Below are positions 8,527 through 18,084 of a stretch of 64,000 bases of DNA, in pieces. The notes beneath the pieces were generated by a model. It did not search any database, had not been told where the DNA came from, and worked only from the letters and a program-made list of their open reading frames with translations. The DNA is taken from assembly GCA_963762255.1 (NCBI GenBank), contig CAVXKA010000001.1, positions 896,001-960,000 of the forward strand, written 5' to 3'. Within the stretch, counting starts at the first letter, position 1; each line of letters begins with the position of its first letter. The stretch comes from Candidatus Eiseniibacteriota bacterium. Lineage in GTDB: Bacteria > Eisenbacteria > RBG-16-71-46 > JABDJR01. The translations under genes and the position numbers were made by a program.

Positions 8527-10230
8527 ATGCCGCAACCGCTTCCTCTCTGGGTTCTGGGCGCCGTGTTGGTGGGGCTTTTCGTGCTCGCCTACCGGATCTA
8601 CGGGCGCCTCCTCGCTCGTCTGTTCGCGCTCGACCCGTCGCGTCCGACCCCGGCGGTGGAGCGCGAAGACGGAGTCGACTTCGCGCCCCTGCGTCCGTTT
8701 CCGCTCCTCGCTCAGCACTTCAGCGCGATCTCGGCCGCCGGGCCGATCGTGGGGCCCATCATCGCCGGACTCGAATTCGGTTGGCTGCCCGGGCTGCTCT
8801 GGATCCTTCTCGGCGCCGTCTTCATCGGCGCCGTGCACGACTTCTCGACGCTGATCGCCTCCGTCCGCCACGGGGCGCGCTCGGTGGCCGAGATCATGCG
8901 CGAACATGTGGGGACGCCGGCCTTCCTTCTCTTCATCTCCTTCATCTGGCTCTCGCTGGTGCTCGTCATCATCAACTTCACCGATGTCACCGCGCGGCTC
9001 TTCGTTCGGGGCGAACTGGACATGGGCGGGATCGCGGTCACACCGGGGCCGGGGGTGGCCTCGTCCTCGATGATGTACCTCGCACTGGCTCTCCTCATGG
9101 GGCTCGCGCTGACGAAGCTCCGGCTCGACATGAAGCTCGTCGGGCCCGTGGGCGTGGTGTTCCTCATCGCCATCATCGGACTCGGGCCGCATCTGCCGCT
9201 CCACATGCCCGCGGCGTTGGGCGCGCAGGGGGCTCTACGGGCCTGGATCGCCGTGATCCTCCTCTACTGCTTCTTCGCGAGCGTGGTTCCTCTTTCGCTC
9301 TTGCTGCAGCCGCGCGGGTTCCTCGGCGGGATCCTCCTATACGTCTTCGTGCTGGTGGGACTGGGCGGTCTCTTCTTCGGCAACTTTCACGCGGTCGCTC
9401 CGGCGATGCGCGAGGGGGGCGCGACGGGCCTGCCCATCTTCCCGTTCCTCTTCGTGACCATCGCCTGCGGGGCGTGCTCGGGATTCCACGGGCTGGTGTG
9501 CTCGGGCACCACCTCGCGCCAGCTCGCCCGCGAGCCGCACGCGCGGCCGGTGGGGTACGGCGGGATGCTTCTCGAGGGCGTGGTAGCGGTCATCGCGCTG
9601 GCCACCGTCATGATGGTGTCGCGATCTGCGCTTCCTCTCATGGCGGACGGGAAGAGCCCCGATCCCAACGCGGTTTTCGCCTCCGGGATCGCGAGCTTCG
9701 CGAACTCCGTGTTCAGGTTGCCGGGAGAGGTGGGCCTCCAGTTCGGGTTCCTGGCCCTGGCCACGTTCATCTACGACACGCTGGATGTCTGCACGCGGCT
9801 CGGGCGCTACCTCCTGCAGGAGCTCTCCGCCGCGATCTTCCGTCGCCCGCTCGACAAGTACACCGCCACCCTACTCACGATCGCGGTGCCGGGGGCGATT
9901 CTCCTGGGGGGCGTGGACTATCGCGACGCGTGGAAGGTGTTCGGGGCGTCGAACCAGCTCCTGGCCGCGCTGTCCCTGCTCGGGATCGCGGTGTGGTTGC
10001 GCCGCCGAGGCCGCACGCCCTGGTACATGCTCGTGCCCATGGTCTTCTTGATGGCGGCCACTGTGGCCGCGCTCATCGGCAACGCGGCCGACTCCGCGAA
10101 ACCCGACGTGCTACGCGTGCTGTCGGTGATCCTGCTCGCGGTGGCGGCGGCGATCGTCGGTCTGGCCGCGCGGCCGCTGATTTGGCCGGCGCGAGGGGTG
10201 CGCCGGTCCATGCTCGAGGAGGGAAGATGA
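8527..10230 (+). CDS. cstA: carbon starvation protein A family transporter
   Basis: TPA....DGVDF.P, HFSAISAAGPIVGPI, GAVHDF, FVTIACGACSGFH, GYGGMLLEG, FGASNQLLA; many TM helices. Confidence 0.92.
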   Translation: MPQPLPLWVLGAVLVGLFVLAYRIYGRLLARLFALDPSRPTPAVEREDGVDFAPLRPFPLLAQHFSAISAAGPIVGPIIAGLEFGWLPGLLWILLGAVFIGAVHDFSTLIASVRHGARSVAEIMREHVGTPAFLLFISFIWLSLVLVIINFTDVTARLFVRGELDMGGIAVTPGPGVASSSMMYLALALLMGLALTKLRLDMKLVGPVGVVFLIAIIGLGPHLPLHMPAALGAQGALRAWIAVILLYCFFASVVPLSLLLQPRGFLGGILLYVFVLVGLGGLFFGNFHAVAPAMREGGATGLPIFPFLFVTIACGACSGFHGLVCSGTTSRQLAREPHARPVGYGGMLLEGVVAVIALATVMMVSRSALPLMADGKSPDPNAVFASGIASFANSVFRLPGEVGLQFGFLALATFIYDTLDVCTRLGRYLLQELSAAIFRRPLDKYTATLLTIAVPGAILLGGVDYRDAWKVFGASNQLLAALSLLGIAVWLRRRGRTPWYMLVPMVFLMAATVAALIGNAADSAKPDVLRVLSVILLAVAAAIVGLAARPLIWPARGVRRSMLEEGR

Positions 10231-10901
10231 CATCGAGGTATCGCATCGTTCTCGCCGCCGTCGCGATGGCGGTGCTCGTTCTGTCTCTCAAGCACGGTGA
10301 CGGTGTGCGCGCGGCATCTGCGGCAGCGTCCGCCTCGGATCGGGCCGCGGGGCCGGCGGCGGGGACCGCGGGGCCGGTGACCACCGCCGCCGATTCCCTC
10401 GCGCTCGATCGGGCCCGCGGCGCGGCCAAGGCACTGGGCCAGGATCTCATGGGCGCGCTCATGACCGCGCTCGATGCGGGCGGCCCCGCCGAGGCGATCT
10501 TCTTCTGCGCGGACTCCGCGCAGGCGCGCACCGCCCGTTTCCAGGCCGAGGGGCTCACCGTGCGGCGCGTGAGCGCGCGGCTTCGTAATGCGGCCAACGC
10601 GCCGGATAGTCTGGAGGTCGTCGCCCTGGAGCTTCTGGCCAAGCGTCACGCGGCGAAGGATCTGCCCGGAGAATTGGCCGAAATCCGTCGCGGCGCGGAC
10701 GGCGTGCGTACGCTGCACTACGTGAAGCCCATCCTGGTCGCGCCGCCGTGCCTCACCTGTCACGGGCCCGCCGACAATCTCTCGCCCGACGTGCGGGAAA
10801 TGGTCATGCTGCGCTATCCCAAGGACGACGCCACCGGCTTCAAGGCGGGAGATCTGCGGGGAGCGATTTCGGTTCGCGTGCGCGTGCCCGAGGCGCGCTG
10901 A
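10227..10901 (+). CDS. DUF3365 (Tll0287-like) periplasmic c-type heme protein
   Basis: Signal peptide, RRVS...RN..N.PD..E, heme motif CLTCHG, YP.D.A.GFK.GDLRGAIS. ATG overlaps the cstA stop. Confidence 0.88.
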   Translation: MTSRYRIVLAAVAMAVLVLSLKHGDGVRAASAAASASDRAAGPAAGTAGPVTTAADSLALDRARGAAKALGQDLMGALMTALDAGGPAEAIFFCADSAQARTARFQAEGLTVRRVSARLRNAANAPDSLEVVALELLAKRHAAKDLPGELAEIRRGADGVRTLHYVKPILVAPPCLTCHGPADNLSPDVREMVMLRYPKDDATGFKAGDLRGAISVRVRVPEAR

Positions 10902-10939
10902 CCGCGGATCCGGCGGGCGCAAAACCCTGGAGGGACCGT

Positions 10940-11638
10940 ATGAAACGCCTCGTCCTCTTCACGATCCTCGTCCTGGGATGGTCGGCGGCGCTCGCGCTTT
11001 CCGCCCCCGCGGCCGACACGATCCCCGCTTCCGAGGCGGCCGGGCACGTGGGCGAGACAATGACCGTCTGCGGCACTGTGGCCGGCGCGGCGCACTTCGA
11101 TCGCCTGCGTGGCGAGCCTACCTTTCTCAATTTCGATCGCCCTTACCCCGCGCAGAGCTTCACGGTGGTGATCTGGGGCGAGAACAACCGGAAGTTCGAG
11201 CGGCCTCCCCACCAGTTTTTCGCTGGCAAGGACGTTTGCGTCACGGGGACCGTGGTGACCTACAACGGCAAACCGCAGATCGAGGTCCGAGACCCCGCGC
11301 AGATCACGGTCACCGCCCCGCTTTTCGACGCGGACCGTTTCAGCGCCGAGGAGCGTGTTCTCTTGAAGGCGCTTCTCTCAGGGCTCGGGCATCCTGCCGA
11401 CATCGGCAGCGCGAAGTGGGACGCGGAAGCCGATCAGTCCCTCCGCGCTTTCCAGCAAGGGGCCGGACTGGAAGCGGAAGGGGAGCGGAGCCCGCAGACC
11501 CTGCGCGCGCTGGCCGAAGCGGTGGAGCGCCTCCCGGACGAGGAGAAGACGCGCATCCTGCGGCTCGTGCTCCTCAACCTCGCTCAGCGCGAGGAATCGG
11601 CGGCGGCGAAGGAGAAATCGGCGACGACGGGCAAGTGA
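10940..11638 (+). CDS. secreted OB-fold protein with C-terminal peptidoglycan-binding-like domain
   Basis: RBS GGAGG, signal peptide; HVGE..TVCG.V, PTFLN...YP...FTVVIW, VCVTG....Y.GKPQI (OB fold); then L..LG....W.......LRAFQ...GL...G....T..AL (PG_binding_1-like). Confidence 0.72.
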   Translation: MKRLVLFTILVLGWSAALALSAPAADTIPASEAAGHVGETMTVCGTVAGAAHFDRLRGEPTFLNFDRPYPAQSFTVVIWGENNRKFERPPHQFFAGKDVCVTGTVVTYNGKPQIEVRDPAQITVTAPLFDADRFSAEERVLLKALLSGLGHPADIGSAKWDAEADQSLRAFQQGAGLEAEGERSPQTLRALAEAVERLPDEEKTRILRLVLLNLAQREESAAAKEKSATTGK

Positions 11639-13077
11639 TCCGAGGCGACCGCGGTGTCTTCCCGATGGAGACCCGCGGCCGTGAGGTAGTCCTCGGGGAG
11701 ATCCGGCGTCCAGAGCACGAAGCTGCGCGCGAGGCGCAGCGCGCTGTCCGAGTAGACGATGTAGTCGAGCCGGCCCGGCGCGAACGGCCCATCGACTCCT
11801 CGCCAGGTGTAGGCCTCGGTCCCGGTGAGGTGATAGGGCATGGCATCGGCGAGCGCGGTGCCGTCCCAGTCCGGAGCAGCGGAGACGCCGAACGTCGCGC
11901 TGTCCGAGATCGCGCCGGCCAAGAGCGTCCGCAACTGTCGCGACTCCCCAACCAGGTTCATGTCACCCGCGATCACGATCGGGGTCCCCTTCGTGAGCCG
12001 CCCCGAGGCCCGAGCGTCGCGCACCCACGCCGCGATGGCGTCAAACTCTCGCCGCCGTCCCGCGTCATCGTCGCAACAGGGCGGGTGGGGGTTGATGACG
12101 AGCATGTCGCCCGCAGGAGCCTCGACGAGCGCCCAGCTCCCTCGCCCGGCTCTGCCGACCGGTCCCGAATCGCGGATCGGGTAGCGGCTCACGATCGGCC
12201 CCTGGCCGCTTCCCGCGGTGTGCCACGCGGATCCGGGGAGGATGCCCGCGATCAACGCGCGCGTCTCTTCCAGCGAGTGGTTGTAGATCTCCTGCAGGCT
12301 CAGCACATCGGGATCGAGCGCGCGCAGGATGCGGCGGAAGGGTTCGGGCCGCTCGAAACAGCCGTCGAAAAGGACGTTGTACGTAACGAGGCGCACGTGC
12401 TCGGGGTTGTCGCGTTGCAGTGAACGCGGCGCTTCCACACACGCCGGCTGGTTCGATAGCGCCAGCGCGAGCCGGCCGGTGGAGAATCCGGGCCGCTCAT
12501 TCGTGTCGCGGCTCTCGACACGCAACACGAACGCAAGCGAATCGCCCGGCGCGAGCGGTGCTCCGGCGACGGAGATCGTCCGGTCGAAGGACACCTCGAA
12601 GCGTGTGGCGGAGACGGTCGGGGCCTGGCGCAGGCCGATGGCGGATGGGGTGACGGTCAGCGGAAGGCCCATGACGAAGACGTGCCCTGTCTTCTCTCCG
12701 AACGACCAGCGGAGGTCGGCGCCGATGCCGTCCACGGCGGATCCCGTCGTCGCGGCGACATCTGTGTCCAGGTATAGGACGATACCGCTTTCGCGCTGGA
12801 TAATAATTTCTTCCGGAAGCTCAAAGCCTACCGCGATGCGATCCCGGTCGCCGCGGGCCCAGACCCGGGTGAAGGCGGCGGGTGCGGCCTCGAATAGGAG
12901 ATCGCCGGCCGACCAATCGTCGAAGCGCCCATCGATGACGATGTCGCTCGGTCCGGCGCCCGCGCTCGGTTCGGTCCCCGCGCCCAGCTCGGTGTCCGCG
13001 TTTAGGCCCGCGCCCGCCGGCAGCGCGAGCCACAGCGCGGCGAGGAAAAACGCGACGATCGCCGGGTTCCCCTTCAT
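11584..13077 (-). CDS. secreted endonuclease/exonuclease/phosphatase (EEP) family protein
   Basis: Signal peptide; RLVTYNV, PDVLSLQE, IVIAGDMN, RLDYI, SDHLPVVADF catalytic motifs; N-terminal IDG.FDDW beta domain. Confidence 0.88.
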   Translation of the reverse strand: MKGNPAIVAFFLAALWLALPAGAGLNADTELGAGTEPSAGAGPSDIVIDGRFDDWSAGDLLFEAAPAAFTRVWARGDRDRIAVGFELPEEIIIQRESGIVLYLDTDVAATTGSAVDGIGADLRWSFGEKTGHVFVMGLPLTVTPSAIGLRQAPTVSATRFEVSFDRTISVAGAPLAPGDSLAFVLRVESRDTNERPGFSTGRLALALSNQPACVEAPRSLQRDNPEHVRLVTYNVLFDGCFERPEPFRRILRALDPDVLSLQEIYNHSLEETRALIAGILPGSAWHTAGSGQGPIVSRYPIRDSGPVGRAGRGSWALVEAPAGDMLVINPHPPCCDDDAGRRREFDAIAAWVRDARASGRLTKGTPIVIAGDMNLVGESRQLRTLLAGAISDSATFGVSAAPDWDGTALADAMPYHLTGTEAYTWRGVDGPFAPGRLDYIVYSDSALRLARSFVLWTPDLPEDYLTAAGLHREDTAVASDHLPVVADFSFAAADSSR

Positions 13078-13574
13078 CGCGCGACGGACTGCTTCCGGGA
13101 GAGGTTCAACGCGTCCTCGGCGCGGCGGATCACCAGGGGACCGTCGTTGTAGGGCGCCACACGCACGTCTGGATACGCGCGGACCTTCTCCAGAATCTCA
13201 TCGGTCGCAGCACTGAGCAGCTCCTCGCAGAGGTCGTACAACCCGCCGGTCTCCTCCTCGAGCCGGTTGTGCGGTTCCAGGATGGATCGCAACTCGCCCA
13301 CGATTGCGGCATCGGGGGACGCCACCAGGAGGAGCGCGATGGCGCCGTGATCTACTCGCAGCCGAGGCGCCAGCGGCAGCGGTTCGCCGCCGCGCGCGCG
13401 GCGCGCCGCCGGGAGGAGGATCTTCTCTTCCCACGCGATGTGGCGGAGGATCCCCTTGCGGAAATCGGCGTAGGCGGCCTCGTCGAATGCGTCGGGTACG
13501 GCGACGGCGCGGCGCAGGAGTGCGTCGAGGCGCTCGTGATCTTCTGTGAAGAAGTGGCGAATGGGTCCCGGCAT
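13074..13574 (-). CDS. hemerythrin domain protein
   Basis: DH.RLD.L, RHI..EE..L.P, L..DH, L..HN..EE...LY hemerythrin ligand pattern. Confidence 0.85.
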   Translation of the reverse strand: MPGPIRHFFTEDHERLDALLRRAVAVPDAFDEAAYADFRKGILRHIAWEEKILLPAARRARGGEPLPLAPRLRVDHGAIALLLVASPDAAIVGELRSILEPHNRLEEETGGLYDLCEELLSAATDEILEKVRAYPDVRVAPYNDGPLVIRRAEDALNLSRKQSVAR

Positions 13575-13607
13575 CGAATCCCCCTGCGGCCGAGTTTCCG
13601 AAAACGA

Positions 13608-14654
13608 TCAGTCGCTGATCAATGACCTCACGTTCAACCGATAAACCTCACCCCAACCATCCAGCCACTCGACGGTGTAGAGCACGCCGCTATCCCAATC
13701 GAGAACGGACGCGATCAGGCTTCCGCCATGAGGGGACGCATAGGATGTCCAAGTAAGGCCGGCGTCGTGGCTCACGTACAAGGAATCACCGGTCACGAAC
13801 ACGTCCGGGGATCTGCGGTCGGACCGGGTCAGAACGCTCACCCCAGGCGTGTCGGGACAGAGCCACTCGACAAACGGCTTGGATTCATCGTACAGGTCAG
13901 CCGCATAGACACGGCCTTGGTGGGCTACCAGCAGAGTGGTCCCATTCGGTCCACTCAGTCCGACCCCGGTAATGAGCCCTCCCAGCAGTAACGACGGAAG
14001 CCGGCCCATCTGCAGCAGCACAGGTTGCCACGGCCCGGAGGGACTTTGTGCCATAAAGAGCAGAGGGATATCGCGATCACTCGAGGCCACGTAGAAGAAC
14101 ACACTCGCAACCTGATCGATTCTGTTCCCGAGGAAGGCCATTCCTTCGGGGACATCTATTGCTTGACCCCACGTATCACCAGCATCCAGAGAGACGAGCA
14201 CTGGGGGGTACTTCGTGGTGGCGAGGAGGACGGTGTCACCATGAGCCCACGTTGCCGTTCCGCTGCCATTGCCATAGCCGGTATCGACTGGGATCCAGAC
14301 CGAATCGGGATTGGAGTATCTGAACAGCGGATGCTGGACATCATCGCCACTCACGCTCACAAGGAGCGACCGGCTCGTCATGGCGAGGGAGACCGCTTTC
14401 TGATCCGATCCCCCTCCCTCGACGATGGAAGCCCAGTCAAGTGGAGTCCAACTGCCGGCCTGGCGGAGTGGCATCGCAAAGACACCCTCCCCGCCCGCGG
14501 CGACATACAGGGCTCCTTCCGAACACAGGAGCTGCCATGGGTGTTGGGTTCGCAATCCGAGCGAAACCCATTCCGCCTGATACACCTTCCTGGGCGATGT
14601 TGCGTCGCCGCAGCCGGTCACCACGAGCAGCAAGGCGAACAGCACTTTCTTCAC
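13608..14654 (-). CDS. lipoprotein with BNR/Asp-box beta-propeller-like repeats
   Basis: Lipobox LLLVVTGC; Asp-box motifs SLDAGDTW and SHDAGLTW; lower GC than neighbours by eye. Confidence 0.65.
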   Translation of the reverse strand: MKKVLFALLLVVTGCGDATSPRKVYQAEWVSLGLRTQHPWQLLCSEGALYVAAGGEGVFAMPLRQAGSWTPLDWASIVEGGGSDQKAVSLAMTSRSLLVSVSGDDVQHPLFRYSNPDSVWIPVDTGYGNGSGTATWAHGDTVLLATTKYPPVLVSLDAGDTWGQAIDVPEGMAFLGNRIDQVASVFFYVASSDRDIPLLFMAQSPSGPWQPVLLQMGRLPSLLLGGLITGVGLSGPNGTTLLVAHQGRVYAADLYDESKPFVEWLCPDTPGVSVLTRSDRRSPDVFVTGDSLYVSHDAGLTWTSYASPHGGSLIASVLDWDSGVLYTVEWLDGWGEVYRLNVRSLISD

Positions 14655-14709
14655 AATGCCCTCCAGCCAAGCCCGCAGAGTTCATCCCGCGCGCCCCAGG
14701 CGGCGCACG

Positions 14710-15480
14710 CTACGTCCTCGCCGTGCCCCACCGGCTGTGCAGCCATCGCTCTCCCGGCGAGAAGATGAACTTGTTGGCGAGCACGCCCACCGCGACGATC
14801 ACGAGCATGATCCCGATCACCTGCTCCATCGCGTGCAGCTCGCGCCCGTAGTGGAGAAGGTGGCCGAGCCCGAAGCCCGTGAGGATGGTCACGTAGATCT
14901 CGGCGGCCATCAGCGACCGCCACGCGAAGGCCCATCCCTGCTTCATGCCCGTGACGATGAAGGGCAACGAAGCGGGAAACGTCACTCGGAGCCACGTGTG
15001 CATGCCCTTCGAGCCCATGGTACGGGCGGCGCGCGCGTAGATCGGCGGCACGGAGCTGACCCCGTCGGAGGTCGCGAGCAGGATCGACCAGACGGTGCCC
15101 ATGATGACCACGAAGAGCATGGCGGTCTCGGTCTGGCCGAACCAAAGAAGCGCCAGCGGCACCCAACACACGCTGGGCAGCGTCTGCAGCCCGAGCGCCA
15201 TCACCCCCAGCGTGTCCTTCGCCGTTCGCGATCGCGCGCAGAGGAGGCCGAGAGGAAGCCCGACCACGATCCCGATGAGGTAACCCGAAAAGAGTCGCCG
15301 CAGGGTGACCAGGGTCGCGGCCGGTAATGTCCCGTCCATCGTCGATTTCACGAGATACTGGCCCACCCGGAGCGGCGACGGGAGGATCACCGGAGACCAG
15401 AGTCCGAGCATCGTGAGCACCTGCCATACCAGTGCCGCCCCGGCGAAGAATGAGAGAGCGATCCGGGTATCCCGTTTCAT
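14710..15480 (-). CDS. ABC transporter permease, SsuC/TauC (nitrate/sulfonate/bicarbonate) family
   Basis: LPSP..V, LQTLPSVCWVPLA.LWFG, EAA loop AARTMG, W.FAWRSLMAAE. ATG at 15480 (MKRDTRIAL). Confidence 0.9.
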   Translation of the reverse strand: MKRDTRIALSFFAGAALVWQVLTMLGLWSPVILPSPLRVGQYLVKSTMDGTLPAATLVTLRRLFSGYLIGIVVGLPLGLLCARSRTAKDTLGVMALGLQTLPSVCWVPLALLWFGQTETAMLFVVIMGTVWSILLATSDGVSSVPPIYARAARTMGSKGMHTWLRVTFPASLPFIVTGMKQGWAFAWRSLMAAEIYVTILTGFGLGHLLHYGRELHAMEQVIGIMLVIVAVGVLANKFIFSPGERWLHSRWGTART

Positions 15481-16292
15481 GGTCTGACCTCCGCCGGGCT
15501 GGGGGTCAGATACGCCCGCAGTGTGGTCATGATCTTGGTGGCGTGGCTCGCCAGCTCCACGCTGTTGATGTCTCGCGGGCGCGGGAGATCGATCTTGAAC
15601 TCGCTCCGGATTCGGCCGGGATTCGGCGAGAACACGGCCACCCGGTTTCCCAGGCAGACCGCCTCGCGAACGTTGTGGGTGACGAAGAGGATCGTCTTGT
15701 GACGTTCTTCCCAGATGTGCTGCAGGTCGCCGTAGAGCTGCTCCCGCGTGAGCGCGTCGAGCGCGGCGAACGGTTCGTCCATGAGGAGGACGCTCGGGTT
15801 GGGCGCCAGCGCGCGGGCCAACGCCACACGCTGCTTCATGCCCCCGGACAGCTCGTGGATGTTCGCCTTGTGGAACTTCTCGAGGCCCACGAGCTTGAGA
15901 TAGAACGCCGCCACTTCCTTGCGGTCCTTGCGGCGGAGCCCCGGCTTGAGCTTCAAGCTGAACATCACGTTCCCGATCACGTCGAGCCAGGGAAAGAGCG
16001 CCGATTCCTGGAACATGAGCATGCGGTCGCGGCCGGGGCCGGTCACCGGCTTGCCGTCGGCGAGGACCCGACCCTGGTCCGGCATCTCGAGCCCGGCCAC
16101 GATGTTGAGCAGCGTCGACTTGCCGCAGCCGCTCGCTCCCACCATGCAGACGAATTCCCCTTCGTCCACGGTGAGGCTGATGTTCGCGAGGGCGTCCACC
16201 GTGGCCCGCCGCGTGCGAAACGACTTGCTCACGTGTTCGACCGCAAGCTTGGACGGCCGGATGTTCTTGACCTCTTCGCGCCAGGCCATCAA
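15477..16292 (-). CDS. ABC transporter ATP-binding protein, SsuB/TauB family
   Basis: Walker A GASGCGKST, FQESALFPW, LSGGMKQR, LLMDEPFAALD, FVTHN. Confidence 0.93.
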   Translation of the reverse strand: MMAWREEVKNIRPSKLAVEHVSKSFRTRRATVDALANISLTVDEGEFVCMVGASGCGKSTLLNIVAGLEMPDQGRVLADGKPVTGPGRDRMLMFQESALFPWLDVIGNVMFSLKLKPGLRRKDRKEVAAFYLKLVGLEKFHKANIHELSGGMKQRVALARALAPNPSVLLMDEPFAALDALTREQLYGDLQHIWEERHKTILFVTHNVREAVCLGNRVAVFSPNPGRIRSEFKIDLPRPRDINSVELASHATKIMTTLRAYLTPSPAEVRP

Positions 16293-17293
16293 GGAGTCTC
16301 CACCAGCCGGGAGATGTCCACGTCGTCGGGGAGGAATCCCGCCGCCTGGGCATCGCTCACGAACTGCGTGAACGTGTCGAGAGAGATATCACCCGTGAAG
16401 TGGAGGCGAAGCCATGCGTGCTCCACCAGCTCGACGGGCACCTCGTGCTGCATCTCCGCGCTCAGCTCCTCGCGCACCAGGCGCCTGGCGTCCTCGGGAT
16501 GGTCGATGATCCACTGGGTAAGTTCCCGGTGCGCCTCCGCGAACTTGCGAACGAGCTCCGGCGACTTCTTCTCCGCGCGCATACTGGTGGTGAGAATCGT
16601 GGTGAGCGCCTCGGGTTGCTCGATGTAGACCATCCCGGCGGCTTCCATTTCCAGGCGCGATACCCACGGCTCCACCGTCCACACCCCGGCGAGATCGCCC
16701 TTCATGAACAGGGTGAGTTGATCGGGGTTGGCTGTGGGGACGACCAGCACGTCTCCGCCGGTCTCGGTGACCTTGAAGCCCTGGGCGGTCAGCCACGCCC
16801 GGCACGCCACGTCCTGCGTGTTTCCGAGCTGCGGCGTGGCGATCCGCTTGCCGCGGAAATCCTCCGGGCTCCGAATACTCCCGTCTCCGTGCACCACGAG
16901 CGCGGCGCCTCCCTCGGCCGATCCCGCGATCACGCGGATCTCCTCCCCCTGGGAGCGAATATGGGCGTTGAGTGCCGGATTGGGTCCGACGTAGGTGATA
17001 TCGAGAGACCCGTTGAGGAGCGCCTCCATCGCGGTAGGACCGGCGTTGTAGACGTACCACTCGATGGTGACGTTTGGGCCGAGGCGTTGCTCGAACCACC
17101 CGTTTCCGTCGCGGCTCATCTTGTGAGCGACGAGACCCTGGGCATGCGTGATGTTGGGGAAGTGGCCGACGCGCAGAACGACGCGCCCGTCGCCCGCGTC
17201 CTTGCTCTTGCCGCCGCAGCCCGGCACGGCGCCAAGCGTCGCGACGAAGACGACCGACATCGCGATCCGAATGAAGAGAGCAGCTTGCTTCAT
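16289..17293 (-). CDS. ABC transporter substrate-binding lipoprotein, SsuA-like
   Basis: Lipobox-like VPGC; RVGHFPNITHAQ, YVGPNPA, ATPQLGNTQDVA, VEPW. ATG at 17293. Confidence 0.88.
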   Translation of the reverse strand: MKQAALFIRIAMSVVFVATLGAVPGCGGKSKDAGDGRVVLRVGHFPNITHAQGLVAHKMSRDGNGWFEQRLGPNVTIEWYVYNAGPTAMEALLNGSLDITYVGPNPALNAHIRSQGEEIRVIAGSAEGGAALVVHGDGSIRSPEDFRGKRIATPQLGNTQDVACRAWLTAQGFKVTETGGDVLVVPTANPDQLTLFMKGDLAGVWTVEPWVSRLEMEAAGMVYIEQPEALTTILTTSMRAEKKSPELVRKFAEAHRELTQWIIDHPEDARRLVREELSAEMQHEVPVELVEHAWLRLHFTGDISLDTFTQFVSDAQAAGFLPDDVDISRLVETP

Positions 17294-17757
17294 CGTAGTC
17301 TCCTTCCACTCTGTCCGCGCCGGCCGCGTGCGGCGAGCGATAACGCCGCGATCTCGGCGAGCGTGCGGCGGTCCAGGACTTCGATCATGGCCTCGCGCAC
17401 CTCCCCCATGAGGATGCGCAAACCGCAGGTGGATTCGTCGGGGCAGGTGCAGGGGGCGTAGGCGATCCGGCTCACGCACGAAACGGGGGCGATCGTCCCG
17501 TCGACGAGGCGAACGATCTCGCCGGCGTGGATCTTCTCGGCGGGCACCGCGAGATGATAGCCGCCGCTGATGCCGCGCTTGCTGTCGAGGTAGCCCGCCT
17601 TCTTGAGCTGCAAGAGAATCTGCTCGAGGAAGCTCTGCGGGATGTGCTCGGCATCGGCCAGGTCGCGGATGCTCAGCATGGGGCGGCCCGACGCCGCCTC
17701 GGCGCTCAGTCGGATGAGGATACGGAGGGCGTACTCACCGCGCTTCGAGAGCTTCAT
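17290..17757 (-). CDS. Rrf2-family transcriptional regulator with Cys-rich (Fe-S candidate) C-terminus
   Basis: MKLSKRGEYALR, IP..FLEQIL..LK..G...SKRG..GGY.L; C-terminal CVS....PCTCPDESTC. Confidence 0.92.
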   Translation of the reverse strand: MKLSKRGEYALRILIRLSAEAASGRPMLSIRDLADAEHIPQSFLEQILLQLKKAGYLDSKRGISGGYHLAVPAEKIHAGEIVRLVDGTIAPVSCVSRIAYAPCTCPDESTCGLRILMGEVREAMIEVLDRRTLAEIAALSLAARGRRGQSGRRLR

Positions 17758-17788
17758 AGGTCTCCCGGGGAGGAACAGCTCGGGATCT

Positions 17789-17811
17789 ATGTTGACTTGC
17801 TAAGTCAACAT
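17789..17811. promoter_or_regulatory. perfect inverted repeat, putative Rrf2 operator
   Basis: ATGTTGACTT-gct-AAGTCAACAT (10-bp arms), AT-rich, about 30 nt upstream of the Rrf2 start. Confidence 0.75.
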
Positions 17812-18084
17812 TAGACGGGGGGGGTACGCAAGCGTTTTTCGCTGTCCGGGGTGGAGAATTCGCGCGCGATGGTGTGGTGGGGTGGGCGCGCCGAGGGGCC
17901 GTGTACGCATGTTCAGTGCAGCCAACCTCGTGCGGCATCGTCGAATGGAAAAAGGGGTGATTCGGTCGGGAAAGCGCGGGGTGCCGGCGAGATGCTCACC
18001 CGGGTGAGCATGTTCGCGCCTGGTTGGATCGCCACGAGTCTCCCCGGCTGGACCGGGCCGGCCAGGGTGATCGATGATGAGTGC

